From the IMG/VR virus record IMGVR_UViG_3300031464_000003: a stretch of 46,292 bases of DNA. One strand, 5' to 3'. Shown piece by piece: positions 37,820 to 46,106 of this stretch; the stretch's first letter is position 1, and the number at the start of each line of letters is the position of its first letter. Below the pieces are notes generated by a model. It had not been told where the DNA came from. It made no database searches and saw only the letters and a list, made by a program, of their open reading frames with translations. Made by a program: the position numbers and the translations under genes. Source of the DNA: a virus.

Positions 37820-37951
37820 TTGACTGCGCCAAGGGGGGTAGAGGCTGAACTGGAGGTGACCGGGAGCAAAGAGGCGGAAGAGTTCGAGAACCTCCTCGAC
37901 CACCTCCACGAGGCTGTCTACGAGGACATCGACCAGATCCCACGGGTCTGA
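37820..37951 (+). CDS. Possible small acidic protein (43 aa from TTG 37820, or 31 aa from GTG 37856)
   Basis: Strong G/C bias at third codon positions (…EAEEFENLLDHLHEAVYEDIDQIPRV). Weak start signals. Confidence 0.3.
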   Translation: MTAPRGVEAELEVTGSKEAEEFENLLDHLHEAVYEDIDQIPRV

Positions 37952-37957
37952 CAGACG

Positions 37958-37998
37958 CTAGGGAGCGGGGCGCGGGGGTTGCAAGCCCCCGCTTCTAG
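37958..37998 (+). repeat. CTAG-flanked hairpin in the rightward operon
   Basis: CTAGggagcggggc-gcggggg ttgcaag cccccgc-ttCTAG. Same architecture as the leftward intercistronic elements. Confidence 0.7.
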
Positions 37999-38020
37999 CC
38001 AACCAAGGAGGAAGGAGAAC

Positions 38021-38203
38021 ATGAGCGGACTGCCAGAGTGGTGGCCACCCGCCGCGGGCGCTGTGCTTGAGGACGCCGACCATGGGCGAGGCATCGTCTG
38101 CGAAGACGCTGTTGTGCAGTGGTCTGACGGCCATCGTGACCTGGACGTCTTCGACCTTCGGGAGGACGTCGAGGAGGGCCGCGTCATCCTTTTGATGGCC
38201 TGA
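38021..38203 (+). CDS. Hypothetical protein (60 aa)
   Basis: Strong SD AAGGAGGAAGGAG precedes ATG 38021. Confidence 0.5.
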   Translation: MSGLPEWWPPAAGAVLEDADHGRGIVCEDAVVQWSDGHRDLDVFDLREDVEEGRVILLMA

Positions 38204-38255
38204 TTGTTGCATCAATCGTTGTGCCAACGTCTGAACGCATGGTAAGGTGTCTCCC

Positions 38256-39107
38256 ATGACAGACATGTCCCTGGACATTCAGGGTCGACCATTCTCGTAC
38301 ACTGCATTCTCGACCTGGCTTAGCTGCGGTAAGCGGTTCGAGCTGGAGAAGCTTCGCGGCGTCCAGCGAATCCCCGCCTGGTACAACGTCGGCGGCACCG
38401 TCTTCCACGAGTGGGCTGAGGCGTACGACCGGGGCGAGGAGCCGCCGCCGATCAAGCTGATGTTCATCGACGCGATTTGGAAGACCGAGGAGGAGAGCGG
38501 AGTCGAGCGCGCTCACTGGTACGCGGGCGGCAAGGCCACCAAGCAGAATCCCGACAAGGAGAGCCAGGCCTGGTGGGAAAGCAACCTCCCGCTGATGGCG
38601 GACCGCTATGTCGAGTGGCGCAAGCAGACTGGCTGGACGATCTGGGAGCCCAAGGAGGGTGTCCCCGCCATCGAGTTGAAGGTCGAATTCAGCCTCGGCG
38701 AGGTGAGGGTCAAGGGCTACATCGACCGGGTTTTCGTGCTCAAGTCCGGTGAGCTTGCGATCACTGACCTCAAAACCGGCTCGCGACAGCCAGAGAACAA
38801 CCTTCAGCTCGGCACCTACGCCACCGCCATTCAGGTGGTGTACGGGGTCCGCCCCAGCTACGGCTACTACTACCTCGCCCGCAAGGGCGAGCACACGCCG
38901 GTCGTCAAGCTGGACGACTACAGCCCAGCGGTGTTGGCAGAGATGCTGCGCCTGTTCAAGGTCGCGGTCGAGAACGAGATCTTCATCCCCAACGTGACCG
39001 GCAAGTGCAACCAGTGTGGCGTCCGCCACGCCTGCGCCATCGCCGGAGGCGGCGAAGCCGCTCGACAGCACGACAAGCTTGCCAGCCTTTTGGAAGTCCC
39101 GTTCTGA
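38256..39107 (+). CDS. Cas4/RecB-family PD-(D/E)XK exonuclease
   Basis: YIDRVFV...ELAITDLKTG (D, E-x-K-type core) and QLGTY. N-terminal Cys (LSCGKRF) plus a C-terminal C-x2-C-x5-C cluster, as in Cas4 Fe-S nucleases. Start is ATG 38256 or GTG 38247. Confidence 0.8.
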   Translation: MTDMSLDIQGRPFSYTAFSTWLSCGKRFELEKLRGVQRIPAWYNVGGTVFHEWAEAYDRGEEPPPIKLMFIDAIWKTEEESGVERAHWYAGGKATKQNPDKESQAWWESNLPLMADRYVEWRKQTGWTIWEPKEGVPAIELKVEFSLGEVRVKGYIDRVFVLKSGELAITDLKTGSRQPENNLQLGTYATAIQVVYGVRPSYGYYYLARKGEHTPVVKLDDYSPAVLAEMLRLFKVAVENEIFIPNVTGKCNQCGVRHACAIAGGGEAARQHDKLASLLEVPF

Positions 39108-39116
39108 GAGGACGAC

Positions 39117-39617
39117 ATGACCGAAACCTTCGAGGCCTACAAGGCGACCTTCAAGGGTGAGGGATACGAGGCGCCGTGGTTCACCGTCGCTGGCCGCGAC
39201 GTCGAGGAGTTCCGCAACAACCTTGAGGCAATCGACGAAGAAACCATGGAGATCATTGCCACCATCGGCAAGACCTTCCGTGGCATGACCCTCGTCGAGG
39301 TCCGCGAGGACCGTCGAGGAAGCCGTCCCGCTCGCCACGATGACTACGACGACGACCACCCTCGGCGGTCAAGCAGCGGCGGCAGCCGCTGGAGCGGCGG
39401 GACCCGTGGTGGGACTGGGCGAGCCAGCTCCAGCCGTGGTGGCTACCGCGACGATGAGCCACCCGAGGAACACCCTGAGGGCTTGGAGTGTGAGGCGTGC
39501 GGCGCCGTACTGGTCCGTCGCGAGGGCGAGAACGACTGGGGCCGCTACGCCGGCTGGGTGTGCCCAAACGGCCGACGCAAGGGCGACGGCCACACCCGGA
39601 AGTGGGATCGGCGGTAG
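39117..39617 (+). CDS. Hypothetical protein with Gly/Arg/Ser-rich linker and C-terminal Cys cluster (166 aa)
   Basis: Contains CEAC ... C-x-N-G. Function unknown. Confidence 0.55.
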   Translation: MTETFEAYKATFKGEGYEAPWFTVAGRDVEEFRNNLEAIDEETMEIIATIGKTFRGMTLVEVREDRRGSRPARHDDYDDDHPRRSSSGGSRWSGGTRGGTGRASSSRGGYRDDEPPEEHPEGLECEACGAVLVRREGENDWGRYAGWVCPNGRRKGDGHTRKWDRR

Positions 39618-39626
39618 GGGGACAAG

Positions 39627-39848
39627 ATGGCTGTCAGAATCCGCGAGGCCTTCGCCCAGCCGATCTTCGGGAAAAGGCCGCACGACCTCATCTACCGGCT
39701 CACGTTCACCAACGAGGACGGCATCGCAGCCGACTTCGACCTCGACCCGGGCGTAGTCGAGCAGCTTTCCCAGGCGATGCTCGGCGCCGTCTTTCAGGTG
39801 AGAGCGAAGTACCCGAATTTTTGCTTCGAGCACATGGAGGAGCACTAG
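39627..39848 (+). CDS. Hypothetical protein (73 aa)
   Basis: SD GGGGGA precedes the ATG. Confidence 0.5.
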   Translation: MAVRIREAFAQPIFGKRPHDLIYRLTFTNEDGIAADFDLDPGVVEQLSQAMLGAVFQVRAKYPNFCFEHMEEH

Positions 39849-39851
39849 TAC

Positions 39852-40679
39852 GTGCGGTCGCTTCTGCGGGTCGCATCGAAGCCGGGGGCGGCGGGCGCCC
39901 CACTGCCCCCGGTCTTCACCAGGTTCGAGGAGTTTGGCATCAAGCCCCGTAGGGGGCAGGTCACGATGATAGTCGCCCCGCCCAACGGGGGCAAGAGTTT
40001 TCTCGCCCTGTACTGGGTGGTCCGGCTCGTCGAGCGGGAGGGAATGACCGGGCTCTATTTCTCCGCGGACACCGACGACTTCACGATGAAACTGCGTGCC
40101 ACCGCGATCCTCACCGGTGAGCACATGGCCGACATCGAGACAGATCTCCTGCGGGGCAGGGGCCGCAAGTACCACGACGTGCTGGCGAAGCTCACGCCGC
40201 TTCGCTTCGACTTCGAGCCGGATCCCACCTACCAGCACATGGCTGAGGAGATCCAGGCGTTCGAGGAGGCGTGGGGTGACTATCCCCAGATCATCGTCGT
40301 GGACAACCTCATGAACGTGGTGTCCACGAATGAGAACGAGTGGAGCGGGATGAAGGAGGTCACGAAGGCCCTCCACCGGATTGCGCGCCAGACGGGCGCG
40401 GCGGTGTTCGTCCTTCACCACATGAACGAGTCTGACGTGAAGGACCCCCGGTTTCCGGCGCCGCGGAAGGCGGTCGCCGGCAAGGTGAACCAGCTCCCCG
40501 AGGTGATTCTCTCCCTCGGGTTTGACTCCACGTACGGCCGGCTGCGGGTCGCGAAAGTCAAGGACCGCAACGGGCGCCACGATCCGACCGGGACCGATTA
40601 CGTGGAGGTGTTCGTCGACGTGGCCCATGGGGCCATTTACGAGAACAAGTGGGCCCGTGACGAGGGTCGAGCTGCTTAG
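39852..40679 (+). CDS. RecA-fold ATPase, DnaB-like helicase C-terminal domain type
   Basis: Walker A APPNGGKS and Walker B QIIVVDNLMN, with VFVLHHMN downstream. Domain order is typical of DnaB/RepA/KaiC-like loaders and helicases. Confidence 0.7.
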   Translation: MRSLLRVASKPGAAGAPLPPVFTRFEEFGIKPRRGQVTMIVAPPNGGKSFLALYWVVRLVEREGMTGLYFSADTDDFTMKLRATAILTGEHMADIETDLLRGRGRKYHDVLAKLTPLRFDFEPDPTYQHMAEEIQAFEEAWGDYPQIIVVDNLMNVVSTNENEWSGMKEVTKALHRIARQTGAAVFVLHHMNESDVKDPRFPAPRKAVAGKVNQLPEVILSLGFDSTYGRLRVAKVKDRNGRHDPTGTDYVEVFVDVAHGAIYENKWARDEGRAA

Positions 40680-40690
40680 AGGAGTTTGGC

Positions 40691-40870
40691 ATGTCGACTA
40701 GCACCGAGAAGAACACGGCTGTGGGGCGTGCCGCTGCGCAGATCCGCGACAACGCGAGGAATGCATGGCGGGCGGGCCGAATCAACCTTGAGACGTTCCG
40801 CGTGAAGGTCGAGACGGTCAACGAGATGAAGCAGCGTGTGCGGAAAATCGAGGCGGAGGCTTCGGAGTGA
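40691..40870 (+). CDS. Hypothetical helical protein (59 aa)
   Basis: Below the track cutoff. SD AGAGGAG precedes ATG 40691. Confidence 0.45.
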   Translation: MSTSTEKNTAVGRAAAQIRDNARNAWRAGRINLETFRVKVETVNEMKQRVRKIEAEASE

Positions 40871-40971
40871 AGGCGAAGGAGGTTTTCTGGTTCGTGGCGT
40901 CGGCCTTCCTGATTGGAATGCTTGCTGGCGCTCTTGCGAAGCACGGTGCGATCCAGGGGATCCAATGGTGA
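40867..40971 (+). CDS. Small membrane peptide (34 aa)
   Basis: GTGA coupling, with SD GGAGG 7 nt upstream. Sequence VKAKEVFWFVASAFLIGMLAGALAKHGAIQGIQW. Confidence 0.4.
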   Translation: MKAKEVFWFVASAFLIGMLAGALAKHGAIQGIQW

Positions 40972-41291
40972 ACAGCCGTGTGCGCCGCGGGCGTGAGACC
41001 CAGGTGCTGTTGGCGGAGTACTGGCGGCCCTACTGGCCCGAGGCGGCGAGCAACCCGGCCTCTCTGCGAGGCCGGGACATCCTAGGGGTCCCGTTCTCCT
41101 GCGAGGTGAAGGCACGGCGGGAGTTCCGCCCAGTCGAGTGGGCGAAGCAGGCCGCCAAGAACTCCGTGGAGGACGCGCCGACGGTGGTGGTCATGCGGCC
41201 CGACGGGATGGGCCGCGAGCAGATCGACAACTGGCTGATGTTCATGCGGCTCGTCGAGGGAACCGAGCTGCTGCGGAAGGCGGGGTTCTGA
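40965..41291 (+). CDS. PD-(D/E)XK nuclease, Holliday-junction-resolvase-like (108 aa)
   Basis: GRDILGVPFSCEVKARR gives a D ... E-x-K arrangement. The size and replication-module context fit phage resolvases. Confidence 0.45.
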   Translation: MVNSRVRRGRETQVLLAEYWRPYWPEAASNPASLRGRDILGVPFSCEVKARREFRPVEWAKQAAKNSVEDAPTVVVMRPDGMGREQIDNWLMFMRLVEGTELLRKAGF

Positions 41292-41488
41292 TGTTTGTGA
41301 CGCGGAGGTGGCACCGCCGCCAGGTCGAGCGGTTGCAGGGCGACCTCGACCACGCGCGGGTGATCATTGAGGGCCAGCGCCGTGCCCTCAAAAGTCTCCA
41401 GGATCGGTTGGATAAGCAGAGCGAGCGGATCGCAGAGCTTGAGGCCGAGATCAAGAATCGGAAACCAGAGGTGGGGGACCTCAAGTGA
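41291..41488 (+). CDS. Coiled-coil protein (65 aa)
   Basis: TGATG coupling. Confidence 0.45.
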   Translation: MFVTRRWHRRQVERLQGDLDHARVIIEGQRRALKSLQDRLDKQSERIAELEAEIKNRKPEVGDLK

Positions 41489-41847
41489 GCGAACAGCTTA
41501 ATGAGTATGTCGCCCTGTTTTATCGCCGCAGCGGCGAAGACATCTGGGAGTACATTGACGGAGTTCACCTGAACGCCCGCTCACATTCGGACGCCCTGGC
41601 CTTGGTTTTCGAGGGCTGGCAGTTCGACTTGAATGTCGAGTACGAGGTGACTCTGTTCCTCTGCGATCCAGAGGATGACGACAAGCTCGACTACGTGACC
41701 ACGGTCGTCCTCCGGAGGCAGGAGGAAGCCCTGGATGACAGAGCGGACATTGCTGCCGCGGAGGAGGCGCTGAAGCGTATCGAGGCGGGTGAGCCCACGG
41801 TCCCGTGGGAGCAGTTGAAGTTGGAGCTGGGGTTGGGGGACGAGTGA
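41485..41847 (+). CDS. Hypothetical protein (120 aa)
   Basis: GTGA coupling. The C-terminus AAAEEALKRIEAGEPTVPWEQLKLELGL resembles C-terminal tails seen in some antitoxin-like proteins (weak resemblance). Confidence 0.5.
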   Translation: MSEQLNEYVALFYRRSGEDIWEYIDGVHLNARSHSDALALVFEGWQFDLNVEYEVTLFLCDPEDDDKLDYVTTVVLRRQEEALDDRADIAAAEEALKRIEAGEPTVPWEQLKLELGLGDE

Positions 41848-42716
41848 GCGAGGTTCGTAAGTATCTGGAGCGCAAGCGGGATCAGTTTCGAGCCGAGGCG
41901 CAGGCACAGGATCGCGTTGGCGGCATTCGAGGAGTAATGCCCGGCGTTTTCGCCAGGCTGATTGATGAGCTGCTTGAGGGGGCTCCGCGGGAGCCCGAGT
42001 TGGAGGAGCTGAGCGAGGAGCTTCAGGCGACCAAGAGGCAGTTTGCCACGGTTTCCTCACGGCTCGGCGAGGAGCGCAAGCGGAACCGCGATCTGGAGAT
42101 CCGGCTCCGCGTGAAGGACGCGGAGGTTAGCCGCCTTGGGCGGGCGGTGGAGTGCCTGACCGCGAACGTCGACAAGCCATGCAAGTGTATCGGCCCGGAT
42201 CCAGACTTCAAAGGGTGCAACGACTCCTGTGTTCCTCGCTGGTACCACGTGAGCGAGGTTGAGGACGCTCAGATGCGGGCAGCGATGCACGCGGACGACA
42301 GAATCCGCGAACTGGAGGCCGAGGTACAACACCTGAGGTCAGAGAGGAACAAGCTCCAGCGTGAGCGGGACTTACTCACGCGGGATGCCGCCGAGCTGGA
42401 TGCGATGGGCAAAAAGCTGGAACGCAGGGACGCTCGTATCCAGAAGCTGGAGGCCGAGCTTGAGGAGGCTCGCGGGCAGGCGAATGCTCTGCACGCCCAG
42501 CTCGCGATGGCGGAGAGCAGAGCGGAGAACGCCAAGGGCCTGAAGGCGAAGGTGGAGGAGTTAGAGGCCGCCCTAGCCGAGGAGAAGAAGTGGCGCAAGC
42601 ACTATGAGGACGGACAGGAGGATTGGGTCAAGCGCTACTGGGGCCTGTGGGAGTACATCGCCGAGTTGGGTGAGAAGCTTCAGAAGAAGGCCAGCGAGGA
42701 GTGGGAGGCGATCTGA
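41844..42716 (+). CDS. Long coiled-coil protein (290 aa)
   Basis: GTGA coupling. Heptad-rich (ELEAEVQHLRSERNKLQRERDLL ...). Confidence 0.55.
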   Translation: MSEVRKYLERKRDQFRAEAQAQDRVGGIRGVMPGVFARLIDELLEGAPREPELEELSEELQATKRQFATVSSRLGEERKRNRDLEIRLRVKDAEVSRLGRAVECLTANVDKPCKCIGPDPDFKGCNDSCVPRWYHVSEVEDAQMRAAMHADDRIRELEAEVQHLRSERNKLQRERDLLTRDAAELDAMGKKLERRDARIQKLEAELEEARGQANALHAQLAMAESRAENAKGLKAKVEELEAALAEEKKWRKHYEDGQEDWVKRYWGLWEYIAELGEKLQKKASEEWEAI

Positions 42717-43195
42717 TGAGCCGCTTGGTTACTGAGGTTCTGGCGCGTTCGCTGCGCAACGCCTGGGAGCGTATCGATGCGCTTCGGGATGAGTTGGCTC
42801 AGACTCGCCGGGCGGTTGCCGACGCTGAGGAGTCTGCGCAGTCGTCGGACGCTGCGTACGCTGACTTGTCTCGTGACTATGCGCAGCTTAAGGACGAGCT
42901 AGCCGAGGCCCGACGGCAGCTTGCTGAGTTGGAGCGTGCTCGTAACGAGGATGCTTACCGGTCGTCGCGTATCGAGCGGGGCGTGAGGGCACTTGTTGAC
43001 TACGCCTTCAAGCGTGCTGCGTCGGCAGAGGCTGACGGTGACGATGACGTTTACAGAGCCTATGACGACATGCAGCTACGTCTAGAGGAAGTGCTGAGTT
43101 TGGACGACTACTCGAACCCTTCAGCACCGCGAGAGCCGCTGGCAGAGCGGGTCGACGAGGCGCTCAGCGTGGTGAACGGCGAGGAGGGCGCCTGA
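42716..43195 (+). CDS. Coiled-coil protein (159 aa)
   Basis: TGATG coupling. Confidence 0.55.
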   Translation: MSRLVTEVLARSLRNAWERIDALRDELAQTRRAVADAEESAQSSDAAYADLSRDYAQLKDELAEARRQLAELERARNEDAYRSSRIERGVRALVDYAFKRAASAEADGDDDVYRAYDDMQLRLEEVLSLDDYSNPSAPREPLAERVDEALSVVNGEEGA

Positions 43196-43196
43196 C

Positions 43197-43565
43197 ATGC
43201 CTTGCGTGGAGGCTGAGCCCGGTGTGGTTGTGTGCCGGGCCGGCGTCAAGGAGATTCTGCGGCGGATCGAGTACTGCCCGACGTGCAAGCGGCGGCGCCG
43301 CGTGGTGGATGTGACTCCAGAGAATCCGTACGTAGCTCCGTGGATGACATGCCTCGCCTGCGGCGACTCGTGGGATCTGGAGGGGCTCCACACGCGCCCA
43401 TCCGAGCCTGGCTGGAGGGAGAAGGCCAGGGCGAGGGCTCGCGAGTACTGGAACAACCCGTTCACCATGACTCCTGAGCAGGAGGCCGAGTGGATGCGCC
43501 GGTGGTTCGGCATCGAGGTCGACCCCGCCGAGCTTCGGAAGGTTAAGAGAGCTGTACCTCGATGA
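43197..43565 (+). CDS. Zinc-ribbon protein (122 aa)
   Basis: Contains CPTC ... CLAC. Confidence 0.55.
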   Translation: MPCVEAEPGVVVCRAGVKEILRRIEYCPTCKRRRRVVDVTPENPYVAPWMTCLACGDSWDLEGLHTRPSEPGWREKARARAREYWNNPFTMTPEQEAEWMRRWFGIEVDPAELRKVKRAVPR

Positions 43566-43753
43566 GTGACAGTGTTGAGGCTGTCGAACTAACCGAGGAG
43601 CAGGGCAAGGCCCTCCTCGATAAGCGATGCCGGAAGCTCCTAGGTATCGGCGCTGAGGAGTTCCTGCGGGAGTACGACGCGGGAACCGCGGAGGACCGCT
43701 GGGACCACGACAAGGTAATCGAGCTGGGGATGCTTATCCCCTTCTACCGGTAG
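43562..43753 (+). CDS. Hypothetical protein (63 aa)
   Basis: ATGA coupling. Confidence 0.5.
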   Translation: MSDSVEAVELTEEQGKALLDKRCRKLLGIGAEEFLREYDAGTAEDRWDHDKVIELGMLIPFYR

Positions 43754-43762
43754 GGAGGGCTA

Positions 43763-44128
43763 GTGAACACCCTGGAGCAGTTGAAGGCCGACCTTGCAGA
43801 GTACCTTCGCGAGCGTGAGGGGTATACGTCGCTCGCCCGTGTGGTCGACTTCAATGAGGACATCTACGAGTTTGGGTGCGAGACGTGCCTGTCTCGGTCG
43901 ATCGTCATTGAGGTTAAGTGGGAGGACGAGGGCGGCAAGGCCCACAACACCAGCATCGACATGTCCCTAGCGGAGTTTCTGCGGCACGTGTCCGGGGAAT
44001 CCGCGAACGCTACGGCTCAGCAGTGCGAAAGCTGCGGCGGGACAGCAGAGCCTTTCCGAAAGATCAACGGGGTAGAGCTGTGCTTTGACTGTTGGGCGAA
44101 GTGGGGGACCGTAGACGAGGAGGAGTAA
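43763..44128 (+). CDS. Hypothetical Cys-rich protein (121 aa)
   Basis: GTG start. Contains CETC ... CESC ... CFDC. Confidence 0.5.
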   Translation: MNTLEQLKADLAEYLREREGYTSLARVVDFNEDIYEFGCETCLSRSIVIEVKWEDEGGKAHNTSIDMSLAEFLRHVSGESANATAQQCESCGGTAEPFRKINGVELCFDCWAKWGTVDEEE

Positions 44129-44159
44129 AAATGGAGACCTTCCGGTTCTTCGTCTAGCT

Positions 44160-44519
44160 ATGGGCGACAAACCGAGTCTGCTGGAGGTGTGGGAGGCGCT
44201 GGGAGGTGAACCCCCGCGGGGCCGGAAAGCCAGGTGCATTCTTCCCGACCACGAGGATCGTATTCCCAGCGTCTCCCTGAACGAGGCCAAAGGCCTCTGG
44301 AAGTGTTTTGTGTGCGGCAAAGGCGGCGACGTCTACACCCTGATCATGGAGGTCGAGGGAGTTGCATTTCGAGAGGCTGTCCGACGAGCAGCGGAGATCA
44401 CTGGACAAGGCTACGAAGAGGTACGCGGAGGCACTGGAGGACTCCCCGGCTATCTCGTGGCTGGAGGACAGGGGAATCCCCGCCGACGTCGCCCGTACGT
44501 TCCGCCTTGGCTACGTTGA
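44160..44519 (+). CDS. DnaG-type primase, CHC2 zinc-finger part
   Basis: CILPDHEDRIPSVSLNEAKGLWKCFVCGKGGDVYTLIMEVEGVAFREAV is the CHC2 zinc-binding domain. The last roughly 40 residues are low-complexity and overlap the next ORF. Confidence 0.7.
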   Translation: MGDKPSLLEVWEALGGEPPRGRKARCILPDHEDRIPSVSLNEAKGLWKCFVCGKGGDVYTLIMEVEGVAFREAVRRAAEITGQGYEEVRGGTGGLPGYLVAGGQGNPRRRRPYVPPWLR

Positions 44520-45027
44520 CGAGCCGGAGGTGGGGCACGAGCAGGCGCAGGGCGCCCTGGCGATCCCGTACGTCACCCCCAGCGGCGTGGTGGGGATGCG
44601 GTTCCGTTACCTGGACGACCGCAAAGGTAAATACTGGCAGCCGCCAGGCTCCAGGACGCGCCTCTACGGGGTGGAAAACCTGCACCTGGGTGAGCCTTAC
44701 ATCGCCCTCTGTGAGGGCGAGCTTGACGCCCTCGTCATGACGGCCCTGTGCGATGTCCCCGCGGTGGGGCTGCCCGGTGTGAGCAACTGGAAACCGCACT
44801 TCAAGCGGCTCTTCGAGGACTACGAAACAGTCTTCATCGTCATGGACTTTTGGAAGAGAGACGAGGGCGAGATTGTTGAAGATGGTGCCGGCCGCGTTGC
44901 GGCCGAAAAGCTGAGGTCCGAGTTGCCGAATGGTGTGATCGTCGACCTCGGTATCGGTGATGTGAACGAGGCGTTCCTGGAAGAAGGACCGGAGTACGTG
45001 AGGGAAAGGCTGGGACTCGATGGCTGA
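44362..45027 (+). CDS. DnaG-type primase, TOPRIM part
   Basis: ISWLEDRGIPADVARTFRLGY and IALCEGELDALV (TOPRIM Glu), with an acidic cluster downstream. It is in the +1 frame relative to 44160-44519, with a 158-nt overlap. The only in-frame start is TTG 44362. Confidence 0.7.
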   Translation: MHFERLSDEQRRSLDKATKRYAEALEDSPAISWLEDRGIPADVARTFRLGYVDEPEVGHEQAQGALAIPYVTPSGVVGMRFRYLDDRKGKYWQPPGSRTRLYGVENLHLGEPYIALCEGELDALVMTALCDVPAVGLPGVSNWKPHFKRLFEDYETVFIVMDFWKRDEGEIVEDGAGRVAAEKLRSELPNGVIVDLGIGDVNEAFLEEGPEYVRERLGLDG

Positions 45028-45235
45028 GAAGATGACCCCGGAGGAGTTCGCCGACAAGGTTGAGTGGGAGGGTGACGTTATCGAGGCCCTGGAGTATGGG
45101 CTCACAGCCGAGGATCTCGTAGACGGCCCTCTCAAGACAGCGTGGGGGCGTCTCGAAGAGGCTTGGAAGGATTTCAAGCCCGCCCTTGACGCTGTGGAGG
45201 AGCTTCTAGACGAAGCCCGGGGGTTCGATGAGTGA
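45020..45235 (+). CDS. Hypothetical acidic protein (71 aa)
   Basis: Overlaps both neighbours by 8 nt. Confidence 0.5.
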   Translation: MAEKMTPEEFADKVEWEGDVIEALEYGLTAEDLVDGPLKTAWGRLEEAWKDFKPALDAVEELLDEARGFDE

Positions 45236-46106
45236 GCAGCAGGGCAGCAAGAGGGAGTTCAAGCTTGGTCAGGTCGTTCGCGATAAGGCGACTAGCCGCC
45301 TCGGTGTGATCGAAGAGCTTACCCTCTCGAACCATTTAGGAAGCTCCTACGTCGTCAAGTGGGAGGGTAGCTCTGAACCGGTGCGGTGTGCTCCCGAGGA
45401 GCTTGAGAACGCCGGGCTCGATCACGAGGTCGGCGATCGAGTCATCGACAAGCAGATTTTCAGGATTGGGGTGGTCGCCGACGTCATCTTCCGCGGAAAA
45501 AATTCGCTGTATTCAGTCAAATGGCACACCGGGCGGACAGAGTGGGTCTCGGGTGATCGACTGAGGCGCACCTTCAAGGTTGGGGATCGCGTCCGCCGCC
45601 GCACAGCCGATCACTTCGGCCGCATTGTTGCGGTCTCGGACGACCCCCAGGACCTCACCCCCTACATGGTGGAGTGGGAAGGGGGCACCAAGAGCTGGGT
45701 CCCTTTGATCTCCATAGAGCTGGAGCCAACATTCACCTTCTACGGAGTCCCTGTTCGCGACGACGAACTGAGGAAGGTACTCATCAACCACCCGTTTGAT
45801 GACCACGAGAATCGGATGATCGATAGTGGCGACGAGTTCGAGTCAGCAGTCGCAGCGGTGTTCAAGGAGGCGCGGGAGCTGCTCCTGAGGAAGCACCGGG
45901 ACTATGGCCCGCACAACATCGGCCGGTCGCCCGGCGGCCCGCTCAACGGGCTGCGGGTGCGCATGTGGGACAAGCTCGCCCGCATCAACAACCTGATCGA
46001 CAAGGGCGCCGAGCCTGAGAACGAGTCTCTGCGGGACTCATTCATGGATCTGATGAACTACGCAGCCATCGGGCTGCTGGTGATTGACGGGAGGTGGCCA
46101 GAGTGA
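45228..46106 (+). CDS. Three tandem SH3/Tudor-like repeats fused to a MazG-like/DUF1599-like all-alpha domain (292 aa)
   Basis: The three repeats are FKLGQVVRD...YVVKWEG, HEVGDRVID...YSVKWHTG and FKVGDRVRR...YMVEWEGG. The C-terminus is RKHRDYGPHNI...RVRMWDKLARINNL...DSFMDLMNYAAIGLL. Confidence 0.6.
   Translation: MSEQQGSKREFKLGQVVRDKATSRLGVIEELTLSNHLGSSYVVKWEGSSEPVRCAPEELENAGLDHEVGDRVIDKQIFRIGVVADVIFRGKNSLYSVKWHTGRTEWVSGDRLRRTFKVGDRVRRRTADHFGRIVAVSDDPQDLTPYMVEWEGGTKSWVPLISIELEPTFTFYGVPVRDDELRKVLINHPFDDHENRMIDSGDEFESAVAAVFKEARELLLRKHRDYGPHNIGRSPGGPLNGLRVRMWDKLARINNLIDKGAEPENESLRDSFMDLMNYAAIGLLVIDGRWPE

Noticed and set aside
37801-37848. ATG 37801 mini-ORF (MRRAGPLDCAKGGRG)
   Set aside because: It has 15 codons, no SD and no coding-like third-position bias. 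The overlapping frame from 37820 looks more coding-like.
38184-40628. Minus-strand ORFs 38184-39359 (391 aa) and 39369-40628 (419 aa)
   Set aside because: They are antisense to the Cas4-like nuclease and the Walker-motif ATPase. Their translations are repetitive (Val/Asp/Leu/Gly/Arg) with no motifs.
44362-44519. Canonical -1 programmed frameshift joining the two primase ORFs
   Set aside because: The second ORF is in the +1 frame relative to the first, and I saw no X-XXY-YYZ heptamer in the relevant stretch. An indel or separate initiation is more likely.
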